DNA of 64,000 nt from Podarcis vaucheri. Its lineage: Eukaryota. The notes beneath the pieces are model-generated. The model worked only from the letters and a program-made list of their open reading frames with translations. It was not told the origin of the DNA and made no database searches. Position 1 is the first letter of the stretch. Each line of letters opens with the position of its first letter. Where the stretch lies: the NCBI GenBank assembly GCA_965113315.1, contig OZ220367.1. The stretch is one strand, 5' to 3'. Shown one piece after another: positions 49,553 to 61,294 of this stretch. Both the position numbers and the translations under genes were made by a program.

Positions 49553-50397
49553 CAGATTAGAAACGGGGGTGAGAGTCGAGGTTTATAGTAGCTTAACATT
49601 AATCTATAAGTGGTTGACACTGAAATTGCTCCCCCAAGGTATAGCTCCACTGATTCTGTATGATCGGTTCCAGTCTGGCTGGCAGATAGTGGTCCTGAAC
49701 TCTCTGCAAAAACTGGGCCTTGATCCTCCAGCCATCTTAAATGTGGGATTGGATCAAGCAAGATCTGTGGTTAGGCAAAGAATTACAGACATAGAGAGAC
49801 AACAGGACTGCTTGAGGTCCCCTGATTACATAACTGCAGAATGCGAGAGATATGTTGCTGTCCTGGCAGCATACCTCCATTTCCTTGTATCCAGAAATCC
49901 AGAATTTACTCTCGCCAGAAGTTCGGCTCTGCCCTCGCCAGTTCTGGAAGGATCTTTTGGAAAAGTCCCGTACGCCCAGAGACTTCGTACCTGCCCATTA
50001 GGGGAAATAGGAAGGCCTGAACACTTATTTTTTAGATGTCCTTTTTATGATGAGGCACGTAGAGATACCATCTGGCGAGGCTTGCTGACCTTCCAGACAA
50101 GCCAAAACTCAATTTTCTCCTCTTAGGCAAAAATCACAAGACGACTTGGATGGTCACCAGATTTTGCGCACAGATTTGTAGGTGCAGAACGCCCCCTGGA
50201 AAACTGCTGTAGCCAGCCTCCTGGGTGTCCCAGGGTCAATCCGCATGTTAGTCTAATTTTAGGTCTTTTCGTGTATATGCAACTATTTCAATTTTAATCT
50301 ATAAGCTGTTATTATATACTGTTTTAAATGTCTATTTCACTTTTGTGAAAGTAGTCTCAGTTGTGCTTCTTGAACTGGTCTTTGACCCTAATAATAA

Positions 50398-50444
<47 letters not shown>
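49553..50444 (+). mobile_element. 5'-truncated non-LTR retrotransposon (RTEX-like) with C-terminal zinc-knuckle remnant and (TTA)n tail
   Basis: ORF 49569-50126 contains FTLARSSALPSPVLEG...PYAQRLRTC...EHLFFRCPFYDEAR, a degenerate CCHC. The tail is tggtctttgaccctaataataaa(tta)n. 15-bp TSD caacaggtgcagcct (49538-49552) / caacaagtgcagcct (50445-50459). Clade assignment is tentative. Confidence 0.85.
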
Positions 50445-50445
<1 letters not shown>

Positions 50446-51148
50446 AACAAGTGCAGCCTTCCTCTAACTTTATATTTGCCAAGAAAAGTTGTATTTGTTG
50501 GATTTCTACTTCTTATGCAGCTATAAAAGTGAGAGCTATAAAATGTCAGGAGACTATGGTATCATCCCAGCTGATTTGAGGTGATAAAATTACGAAAGAT
50601 ATTTGTGTTTGGCATGTGAATGCTTTGCCATTTTTAAAAGTGTGGCCTGCTGCTTTAAGCTACATTTAGATTATCCTGAAAGCTGTGATTCTGAAAACAA
50701 TGTCTGTTGTTATGTTATGTAATACATGAAGCAACAAATGACTCCTGAGTATGATTAATTGCTAAAACTAACTTGAGACATTTCATTGATCTCTGAAGCC
50801 ATTTATTGCAAGTTTCAAAGCAATAGGAGATCATTGCTATTATATTCCAAATTGTAAAGTCAAAATGTAAAAAAGGGCATGTGTATTTCTCACATTCCTT
50901 CTTAACATGCCTTTTAACTTTGTTCTTGGGCTCTTTTCTGACATTCACTTTAGAGATATGAACCAAGATCAATAGCCAAGCAACCACATTGTTAAATGCT
51001 GATTAAATTATTGAGGGTAGATGACATTTGATGTAGGGCATTTAAGGAGGGTTATTGATTCCAAATTAGATTTGCACATGCCAGGACAATTGTGGCTCTG
51101 TTTGCTAATAGAGGTTTTTTCCCTGCATTTCTGGTTTCTTAATAAATA

Positions 51149-51299
51149 GCTGAGATATCTCGGTCCATAGAGCATGAGACTCTTAATCTCAGCTTCACGG
51201 GTTTGAGCTCCATGTTGGGAAAAAGATTCCTGCATTGCAGGGGTTTGACTAGATGACTCTCATGGTCTCCTCCAACTCTCTCATCCTTTGATTCTGTGA
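51149..51299 (+). mobile_element. tRNA-Lys(CUU)-headed SINE with CR1-derived tail
   Basis: tagagcatgagactcttaatctcag...gggtttgagctccatgttggg resembles tRNA-Lys(CTT). The tail ttcctgcattgcaggggtttgactagatga...tccaactct...gattct matches the CR1 3' end. Confidence 0.8.
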
Positions 51300-51833
51300 A
51301 CAAAAAGTATTCAGTATTTGTTGAGTGAAAGGAAAACTAAACACTGAACTGTATAGAACTTGGAGTAGAGGGGTAGGGAGATATAATCTAATCTAGACAA
51401 CAACAACAAATACAAAATAATTAAAACAGGCAATATTATCTTATGAGTCTTAGGACTTAATAAAAAAGAAATTAGCTGGCAATTAATTCCACAAATAAGG
51501 AGTAATAACAGAAAAAATTACTAAGAGGCAAGTGAGTTGATTTAAAAAAAAAACACCTGTCTGATTCTGAACTAGTTTGGGCACGGGAGGCTCCATATTT
51601 GTGATTAAAAAAACCCACAAGTCTAATTTGAGTTCAGTTCCCCAGTTTTGCCACTGCCAAAACCAGGTTAGAACACAACTTTCAGTATACTTTTGCACAC
51701 AGTGGGAAAACAGGCACCAATTAAAAAAGTGGAGTTGGGAGTTCTCTGAATATTGAATATGGTTTCCCCTAAATCCAGCCTAAATCCAAAGATGGGTGTG
51801 GAATTTGTAAATACACTCTTCTCCCTCCCTCCA

Positions 51834-52085
51834 CCAGTGTGGTGTAGTGGTTAAGAGCAGTAGTCTCGTAATCTGGGGAACGGTGTTTGAGTCTCCACTC
51901 CTCCACATGCAGCTGCTGGGTGACCTTGGGCCAGTCATACTTCTTTGAAGTCTCTCAGCCCCACTCACCTCACAGAGTGTTTGTTGTGGGGGAGGAAGGG
52001 AAAGGAGAATGTTAGCCGCTTTGAGACTCCTTAAAAGGGAGTGAAAGGCGGGATATCAAATCCAAACTCTTCTTCTTCTTCTTCT
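51834..52085 (+). mobile_element. Young Squam3-type SINE, subfamily B
   Basis: ccagtgtggtgtagtggttaagag...gagactccttaaaagggagtgaaaggcgggatatcaaatccaaact(ctt)n. Confidence 0.92.
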
Positions 52086-55000
52086 CTTATTCAACTACCA
52101 ATCTACATGAAATGGCCTGTGGCACAGTCTTTATAGCCCTCTGTTGTTGTTGTTGTTGTTACAGAGCTCCAAGGAGAATTCCATTAGAAAAGCACAGCAA
52201 CAAAAACTGCTGCCTCAGAAGTCTTTACATACTTGTTAGGTGTTCAGAATATAAAATAATCTCCAGTACTGTAATAGTAAGTAGAGTGGAAGCTGGTTGC
52301 ATGCCACAGGTGATGGGGACTGCGGTTTCTTCGCCCCTGGATCTTGTGTGTACATGTTTGTTTAATGGCAGGAAGTTAAGAGCACGGCAAGACATTATTT
52401 GCTTTCTTCACTGCTGCATTCGCACTGCTGCTTCACACAGGGCTGCAGTCAGACATTGCCAGAATGTTTCCCTCCTGCTTAAATAATGATGCAATTGCTC
52501 AGGAGAAAGGGAGAAATTAAAGAGAGTGAGAGAGAAAGGAATAACAGCTTTCAGAGAGACGGTGTTAATGAAACTGCTATTAAAAGAGGAGCCATTGTAA
52601 TAAAAGTTAAAAGAAGTGAAACTAAATGGCTCGACCATGCAAAAGGACTGAGTATTTTTACTGCACCCCTCTGGTTCTTGTGGTTTCACCCAAACTAAAT
52701 TGAACACCTTCAGGCAACCCGACAGTAAACAAAACTCTTCAAAATAGAGTACGCTTCTAATTACAGTGTAACAAATGTGTACTCTTTCATCTACAATAGC
52801 ATCGTCCCCCCCCCCCATAAAATGTAGTACAGTCGTTTATGATTAGACAATCTAGAAACCAGACTTGCCAAGTTCTTATAATGAACTAAAGGGGGGAAAC
52901 CCCAGTAATTTAAACTAAAAAGCACAACTAATGAGAAAACGCGCCACCATACCAACATCCTCCGTTCAGGTTTTTTCTTATGTTATCTGTGCCGTATCTT
53001 GCTTATGAAAGTGAAGCCTCCAAAACCGATTGGCTAGGCTGCTGTGATGGAACAGAATGTTCCTAGCCACTTCATGCTCGGGGAACAACACTGATCTAGT
53101 CTGTACATCAGTGCAGGCACCTCCTTAACTATGGCTTGAGTGTGGTTTGTTTCACTGCCTTACCCAAATCACCTGTCAAGCAACAAAGCTACTAGGCAAG
53201 AGTTGCTAGAAAATGGAGCTGCTCTCAGCATTCCACCCCAGTTGGCATTTCCCCCCAAACTGAAGTTGCTGTGGCTCTAGCTTGGCTGCATTTCAGCCTG
53301 CATATTCTTTCAGAAAGTGTGAATTAGGTCTGTTTCCCTTTAAATGCAAACTGAATCTCCCATTCCTGCCTGACAGTCTTTACAAGTAACAGATGAAACT
53401 ACATAAGTGTGCATTTGTATTGCAGTCCTTAGCTGCTGCCCCACATCAGCTGAGGTTTAGGGGACAGTTAGGCCATCCAGCACAGTGAGAGTGATGCTTA
53501 TTAAAGTCAATATATAATTCACAGTAACAGCCTATTGCTGGCTGGGGGGGAAAGAGAAATGAAAAATTGTGGTTACAGAGTGGAAGAGTAGGCTAAAAGG
53601 GATAAACAACTGCAAGCTGCAAAGGAGTATGGGTGTTTCTTTCTCGAGAGAGCAGAAGTAAGGGGTAACTGGCTGTTTGACAATTGCCAAGATTGCTAAG
53701 ATTCCCACACCGGCACTCTCACAGGTGACCAGTGGAAAGAGAAATGCTAATATGGCTAGGCAAGGCCAGTAGCTGGATGCCACAAGTAGAGAGACAGCTG
53801 AGGGTGGGAATTAGACTGGGTGGATGAAACAAACCATAGCTAATTGAATAATCTGCAGGACATCTTTTGGCTTAATGGTGGTTTGTTCAATAAACCATGG
53901 TTTAATAATGCTTTAATAGGACATGCAAACGGGGCGAAAGTGCTTCTCATACATTATATTTTTGTAATTACTCAAGAAAGAAAGATTTGCCTGAGTTCAT
54001 GTTAGTTGAACTGAAACCAGGGACATATTGATTTGTAGAACAGTCTCTTTGCCACTATATTACACTTGCTTTTCTATGAAACTCCAGGCACCCTTAGATC
54101 TGAGGAAGAAACCCTGCTCTGTGAGCAATCGCAATTGACAGCTAGTTTGTCTACCATAAGGAACAGAGCATTCTCTGTTGTGCTGTCACAATGGTTGGAT
54201 TTCCTCCAAATCTTTATTATCTGAAAGACTGAGAAGAAGGCATCTGGTGTGGGAATATTTTTTTTCCAAATTTGTACTGTGTTTCATTAACAATTTTATT
54301 GCAATATTAGTTTTATTTTATCCATGTGTAACCTAGCAGTTTATGCGTTAGAGAAAAGTGGCTGAAAAATATAATTAATAATAATTGACTGGCTTGGCTT
54401 CCGTTTTCTTCATGGAATCAGTAGAATTTCCAGGAGCTGGTCTAATTTTTGGTTGACTGCACAGTGGACCTTAATGTTCCAGTTTACGTTCTCATCTAAT
54501 CCATACCATTTTTATCGGGGAAAGTATTTGGCTACCAACATTTAATGTGTTTTCTACAATGCAGCAAGAGAGATTAATGGGAGATAAGAATTGTAAAGCC
54601 GTTTGTTAGATTAATGCTCAATAATACACCTTCCAACATTCCACATTAAGGAATTGGGGTGTGGTTTGTAATATTCCACTTCTCATACCAAGGATCACTA
54701 CCTAAATCCCCTGACTCCCTTAAACACTTGTTACCATACATATTGCTAAAGGCTCTATGCTACATCGGTGTGCTGTATTTATTAACTCTGCAGTAACCTG
54801 TGCCTTCCATTGATTTAAATACTAAGAGAGTGATGGCTCTTTTGGTAAAGATAGACTAGGAAAACATAACTGTTCAAATTATACATCAGCAACTGCAGTG
54901 TGTGAAATGGCAGGCTTTGCACCGTGTGGCTCCTTAGTATTCAGGCCCATGCATTTACCTGGAGACAAGATGAATCCATTACCCATTCATACACTTCAAT

Positions 55001-57749
55001 TCTGAGAGATATCAGGGGAGCAAAATCCTGAAGCTAAATCCAGTCTGAATCCAACACAGACTGACACTGCAATCCTTTACTTCTTTACTCAGAAGTAAGT
55101 GTTGTAAGATACAGTTACTGACGCACACTTGCATGCATGAAAGGTTTAACCTGAGCGCAGGCTGCTCTCTGCGGCCTTTTGTTTGCTCCCTTCCCGTCTC
55201 AATCTCTTCGTGCTTCCTGGAACAAGCAAGAAAGACCCATGTGGAATGGCTCCCAACTGCAAGAAAAACCAAGTGAACTGAATTGATCTAAAAATGAGAT
55301 TTTATAGCCTGCGTCTTTGCTAACACAAAGACTGCATGATCCTGTTTGTAAGGAAACAAAGTTCTTTTCTTTCTAAGTTGTTTGGGACCTTTTTGCACCT
55401 TCAAATTACTGCCAACAGATGGATACTGATTTTCAGTAACTTCTGGAACCTCTGTGAGTAAAATATTCACCTGTTTGCACAGCTAAGCGTCTGAGATTTA
55501 TTCTAGTCTAAGTATTTGCATGGGGAACATGTTTAAAGGTGGATAAGGGCAGATGTACAGTAAACCTCACCAAGTTTAAACGTGCTTGGATCAACCACTA
55601 TTGTGCTAACTCTGCTACAGGAGAATCAGGATCTCCCTTTCAAACCTTTCAGCAGGTAAGTGGGCATAAGACTGCTGCCTAACAATGTGGCCCTAACCCC
55701 TTTGAGCTGTGCTGCTGGAGGAGGTCAGGGTTAAGACCAAGGCAATCCTCTACCACCTGCTGCCACAGTAGAGGCTTCCCAGCTACTCCCAGCGGGATGG
55801 GGAGCTACCACTGTAGTTCTCTATGTTAGTGACAGCTGCATTGGGTTCCTAGTTTTTCTGAACATTTCTAATCTGATTTTTTTTCTTTCTTATATCCTTT
55901 CAGAAGTGAATGTTGTAGGTAGGGAAAGTATCCAAGGATCAATATTTAATAAGGAGAAACTGTCTCAATATACTGCAGAGTTGTTATTATTTTTTTTACA
56001 GCAACCTGACTTGTTCTGGGATGTGTGTTGATTTAAATATTTATAATGAAAAGGTTTCATCTTGCTTACCTGATGTGGTGTTATGCACTTTCCAACTAAT
56101 GCATAATATGACAAATTTATTTATATTTAAAGGTTTTTTTACAACCCAAAGAAGCAGAAGTGGCTGGGGAAAGGATCTCAGAGAGCCTTAAGCAATAAAG
56201 CAAGAGAGTCCCTGCCCTCAAGCTTAGAATCTAAAACACAGAGAGGGGCAAGGGCATTCTGATGCTCTTGATGTGACACCCTTGCTATGCTTGCATGGTG
56301 CTGAGCTTCCATTGCCATGCCCCTTCCCTCCTCCCTCTCAGTAAGCACCAGCACCCAACTGTGTTGGGAGGCCAGGACAGCAATAGAGGCCCACCTGCAC
56401 CTCCTTCCTGTTTGTTCCTTATTGGAGGGAAGAGGAAGAAAGCAAATTTGTGCATCAGTGCTTACAAGGTCCCCCAACCTTTTAAAAATAACCAGCTGAG
56501 GTGGGGACAGTCCCAGTTTTCTTCTATCGCTCCCTATTTTTGCCTTTCAGGGAAGCCTCGTTAAAATGCTGTTAGTGTTGCCATTCTCCAGGGTTTCTCA
56601 CCACTTGGCTCTAGAGTAGAGATGGGGCCCTTGGATGATGGTGAACTTCAGCTCTCATCATCCTTCACTGCTGGTGACATTGGCTTGGAGTCTGACGGCA
56701 TCTGGAGTGCAACAGGACCCCAGCTTTTCTGTACAAATTAAATCTTTGAATGGAAATGCATTTTGTCTTTACATCACACACGTGTAACAGTCTGGGAATG
56801 AATGAATCAGCACACAACACACCCACTCCACCACCAGCTTCTGTGGCTTGTTTTTGAACTGTTGACAACATACTGTATTCTGTTTTCTGCTTTGTTCTTT
56901 TAAGCATTCTCTTGTAGCTTTTAAATCAACCAAGGACAGGCTGCTGCGGCATAAATGAACGAAGCTTACAACACTATTAAGAGCCTTCAACAGCGTGCCA
57001 GTATTAGAGAGGATGGGGCTCAGGAAGTGTCGCTTGAAATGAGAACTGGGCCATTACCCTATTTCATCTACTGACAATCCTAACTGGTCTTGTCTGCTCA
57101 GAAGTAAGTCATGCTGTGAGCCCCAGGTAAGTGCATCAGATTGCAGCAAAAGGCTAGGAGTGAGTGCCGTTGAATGGCATTGCAGAAACATGCATAGGGC
57201 TGTGTTTTACTCTTCCATGCACTGAAATCCTACACACGCTTCCCTTTTGCATAGACTCACATTGGATTGAACTGTCAGAATAATATTATTCTAGTCACTA
57301 TGCAGATACCAGAACAACAACAAAAATGTGTTTACTTTTTAGTGTCCTGATTTCTCCACAGTGGCCCAATAGCCCTTTAGAAGTTTAACTCTTATTTAGT
57401 GTGGAGTGACTTTCTTTTCTTTTCTTTTTTGAAGGGGGTCTACTTCTTGTGCATCTGGTGAAGTTTGGTTTGAAGTCTAAGAAAGCTCAGCATGGTTGGC
57501 CCAAGACATGTTGCTGCTGAAACAACATTTGGCACCTGATTTGGCAAATCAGCAAATAGGTCTGTCCCTCCCGAGCAATGAAAATTGTTGTTGGTTGGTT
57601 ACATACCACTCCAATCTCCAAAAGCAATGCAAGATTCCAGGGGCATCCCTAGCCATTGATGAGGTTGGCTCTGCCAAGGGCACAGGTAGGTTCAAAAACT
57701 GTGATGTTGCTTGGCTTCCCTCCTGCTGCTGCTTTTACGTTTAAGAATG

Positions 57750-57974
57750 CAGTGGTGCCTCTAGTTACGAACTTAATTCGTTCCAGCGGTCCATTCTTAA
57801 CCTGAAACTGTTCTTAACTAGAGGCGTGCTTTCACTAATGGGGCCTCTTGCTGCTGCTGTGCCACTGGCACACGATTTCCGTTCTCATCCTGGGGCAAAG
57901 TTCTCAACTCAAGGTAACTCTTCCAGGTTAGCGGAGTTTGTAACCTGAAGCGTTTGTAACTTGAGGTACCACTG
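57750..57974. mobile_element. Tigger-like MITE, copy 3 of the 4558 family
   Basis: CAGTGGTGCCTC...GAGGTACCACTG with the same body. It is flanked by TG and CA rather than TA/TA. Confidence 0.88.
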
Positions 57975-58699
57975 CAGAACTTCCCTTGCAGGCTGCAGCC
58001 AGATCTTTTACAGAAAGCAGGCCTCACTACAATGTTGCAACTTGCCTATTAACACCTTATACCTTAGGGTACATATTTGTATCAGACTTCCTACTGAAAT
58101 AAAACAGGCGAGCAAGAAGCCCAGAACTTTATTTTAATGCCCTGAAGGATGACTGGGGAAATATTAGCTGGAGTCTGACACTCATTCATTTATTGGGTTA
58201 AGGATGGGGGATCTCCCCCACAAAAAACTTAAGACAAATAAACCCCACATAGATACATTGAAACCAAGAGGAAAGATAAATTTAATAACAATTATCCTTT
58301 CCTGACACCTGAATTGGCTCCCTGAGGCTCCAGCCTCCCTCTGCCTAAGGGCAAGACCAGACTTGTATGGACATAATTCAGTCCTTATCAGGACAGCTGT
58401 AGGCAATTTTATCCAGAAGCTAAACCCCCTTGAGATCAACGGAGCGCAATCCCATGCATGCCTACTTAAGCACGCGCTTCTCTGTTTCTAAGGACTTAAT
58501 AGCCAGGTATAGAATTGCAGCTTCACTTCCTAGTACGTATATTTAGGACTGGAGCCCAAACTGCCTCAGATAACAGGGTGATCGTATAAGACCTTAATCC
58601 CTAGTATTCTACAGATTTTGGACTCCAACCTAGGTTGCCTCAAATAGCCTTCGTCTCTAGCGCATGTATCTAGGATTGTAGCCCAAGTACAGCGCCTTC

Positions 58700-59560
58700 T
58701 GAGCTTTAGAAAGTGGGCTGCGTTCCACGTGGCGTTCCCTCTCCTTTAAAAAGAAAACTCTCCCTTCCCCGTCCAGTTCTTCGTTTCCTCCTTTCGTTCA
58801 AAATCGATCCCAAGGGAGGGTGGGCGGGTGTGTGTTTCTCTCCGGCCGGAGAGAGGCGGGGCGTCGCCTGGTGGGCGAAGGCGAGGTGCGAAGCAGCGTC
58901 TGTTGCCCTGGGCGCTCGTCTCCTCCGCCGGCTCTCTCGTCGGACAGGACGGGGAGGCGGAGGCGGCTCCGAGCTGCAAACTCGGCGTGGCTGAGAAGGT
59001 GGCGGGAAGGGCGCGACACAGACGCGCACAGAAGAAAGTTCGAGCAGAGCCACAGGGCAGCCCTTCTCCATGGAAGCCTCGCGGCCCGGACCTGACTTCG
59101 GGGCGCGCTGCGCCAGGAGCGACGAAGCTCTGGTGCTTTAGACTGGCCTCTCCTCGGGCGGAGAGGCGTCTGCGCGCAAGCAGCCATGGGCGACTTTGCC
59201 GAGGAGCAGCAGCAGGCGGAGGACGAGGCGGGCTGCGACTTCGAGCCTTTGCCTGCGCTCTCGGAGGACGAGGTGAGCGTGGCCCGAGGCGAGGACAGAG
59301 CAGCCCGGGCGCCGCGCGCAAACTTGCCCTGGACGGTCGCCTCCACCCTGCGCGCCTTCCAGCTCCAGCTTCCCTCCCCGCTCGGCTGCTTTCTGTGTGT
59401 TGCGCTTGTCTCGGGGCGGAGGGTGGAATCGCCCCTGCTAGGCCACTCCGGGGATAATGGGCTCTGGTTGACCTGCGGTTGTTGCCCTCCCGTGTTGTGG
59501 GAATGTAACCTAGGTACCGCATTTCCATGGCCTGACAACCGTTGGCCGCTATTAACCTTT
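58700..59560 (+). promoter_or_regulatory. KNDC1: CpG island / KNDC1 promoter and exon 1
   Basis: Abrupt rise in GC and CpG. E-box CCACGTGG (58725-58732), GC boxes GGGTGGGCGGG (~58818) and AGGCGGGGC (~58854), and TGCGCGCA (~59171). Surrounds the start codon. Confidence 0.88.
59186..59272 (+). CDS. KNDC1: KIND domain-containing protein 1 (v-KIND), coding exon 1
   Basis: Strong Kozak gccATGG. MGDFAEEQQQAEDEAGCDFEPLPALSEDE resembles the KNDC1 N-terminus ...YDFEPLPTLPEDE. Donor |gtgagc at 59273, phase 0. Confidence 0.92.
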
Positions 59561-60121
59561 CGGGGAATAGGCAGCAGCAGCAGCAACTGGTCAAAATTGC
59601 TCCATAAAGGCGACTGGCTGAGCCCAGTCCACTTTTCAGTGAAAACTACCCCACATGCCTTTTAGAAAACCAAAGCACAAAAAAGTGAACCTTTGGTACA
59701 ATCAGTTGAAAAGGAGATCTATTAAACAAGTTTTTTAAAGTAGGTAAAGAGAGGCTGCATTCCTAACATCCTTGGTTTTTTTTAAAGCCTCATTGAAATC
59801 AATGGTTGCTAAGTAAACACAGAGATTGAATCAAGCGGGTTTAATCCCTTAATGTACGTAGAGAGGTTGCAGTCCTAGCAAATCTTGTTCTGAAAAAGCC
59901 TCGTTGAAATCCCTGGCTGCTTCATAAAGGTAGAGGATGACTTGTGACCTCTAAGCAAAGGGGGCTGAATCCCATAAAGTCAGCTGCCCCTTTGATCCCA
60001 TTGATTTTAGTGGGAGAAATAAGCAGAAACTTAACTCTCACAGAAGTCAGCGGGTCTTACACTGATGGAGTGTGCCCAAGTTTAGGGTCAGTTTGAAACA
60101 TTGGTATCTTTCCAAAGTCAT

Positions 60122-60265
60122 GGAAGATAGCTCAGCTGGTTAGAGCATGGTGCTGATAATGCCAAGGTTGCAGGCTTGATTCCTGTATGAGACAGCTGTG
60201 TTTTCCTCCATTGCAGGGGGTTGGAATAGATGATCATCAGGGTCCCTTCCAACTCTCTGATTCTA
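60122..60265 (+). mobile_element. tRNA-Ile-headed SINE with CR1-derived tail
   Basis: tagctcagctggttagagcatggtgctgataatgccaaggttgcagg resembles tRNA-Ile. The tail is cattgcagggggttggaatagatgatcatcagggtcccttccaactctctgattcta. Confidence 0.8.
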
Positions 60266-60892
60266 AGCCTAATTTCACTTTTTAAACTGTGCTGAATTAC
60301 CTTCTGTGTATGTTACCAGTCTATATTAATACAAAGGCATGTGCTTTGAGAAACTGAATTTTAGATACTTCAGTAAAGTGCCAGTATTATTACCTTCCAT
60401 AAAAGGCCTTTAGTGCAACAAGATGTGTTCATCAAACTCTAGACATGTGCCAAAAAAAAGCACATAGGAATATAAATGTGGTCTTCCACTTGTACTGGAA
60501 GTAGGTGGGTTTTCATTCAGATCAAGGCATTCTTTGGTTTATCGTTTGCTCATTAGTAAAAGATTTTGCTTTAATGAAGCAGAGAAGAGTTAGGGCAGTA
60601 TCCAAGGCCAGTATATTAAGCTAAGTATTTACCCAGAAATGTCAAAAGGCAACTTTGAAAAATGAATGTCAGTGTGAGAATTATTATTTTTTTAAAAGCA
60701 TGCATTCATTTTTTGGGGGGAAATCAAGTGATAAACCTGTTCGTTAGCTTGCTCATAAGGAAGTATTTTTTGTTGACAAAGTACATGCAATGTCACAAAC
60801 AGCTACTTTGGAACTGCTTACATTGAGAAGTAAAATACTGTAACCATTGTGAGCACCAATCAAGTTAATACTGGATATTAACATAAAGTAGG

Positions 60893-60944
60893 TGTTGTTG
60901 TTTAGTCATTTAGTCGTGTCCGTTTCTTCATGACCCCATGGACC
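60893..60944 (-). mobile_element. Very short BovB (RTE) 3'-tail insertion
   Basis: tgttgttgtttagtcatttagtcgtgtccgtttcttcatgaccccatggacc matches the tail at 63832-63880. Confidence 0.8.
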
Positions 60945-61294
60945 TCACCCCAGGTGAGGTTTGTAGCAGTATTTACCTCCCCCCCCCAATGAACCTTTGG
61001 ACATTTAGGAAAGGTTTAATATTTTTTATAAATGTGTCTCATTTTCTTTTAGCATCATAGATGAGTAAATAAATACACACCTCTCTCATCTTGGATTATT
61101 GTTAATTCCATGCATTTTTCATTAGTAACAAGCTATTTGGAGGAAGGGAAGGAGATGGAATTATTTCATTTTTCCTGTGCTGCTCATTCATAGCTGTGCC
61201 CCACAAGCCCTGTGCTGTGTCATTGACAATCACCTTAGCAACTGTTCCAGATGAAATACATTTTGGAATCTGTAGACAGCTTCAACTAGAGAAA

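Noticed and set aside
17411-58700. A hidden protein-coding gene or endogenous viral gene in the intergenic region
   Set aside because: The short ORFs map to SINE, MITE or LINE relics or look like random sequence. No coherent exon chain or viral motif was seen.
58706-59594. Long overlapping ORFs (282, 262, 209 and 121 aa) at the CpG island
   Set aside because: These low-complexity Arg/Ala/Pro/Gly frames are expected from stop-codon depletion in GC-rich DNA, and they contain no recognisable domain.
59273-59665. Extension of the 159-aa ORF beyond KNDC1 exon 1
   Set aside because: Similarity to KNDC1 stops at the gtgagc donor; the remainder is intron read-through.
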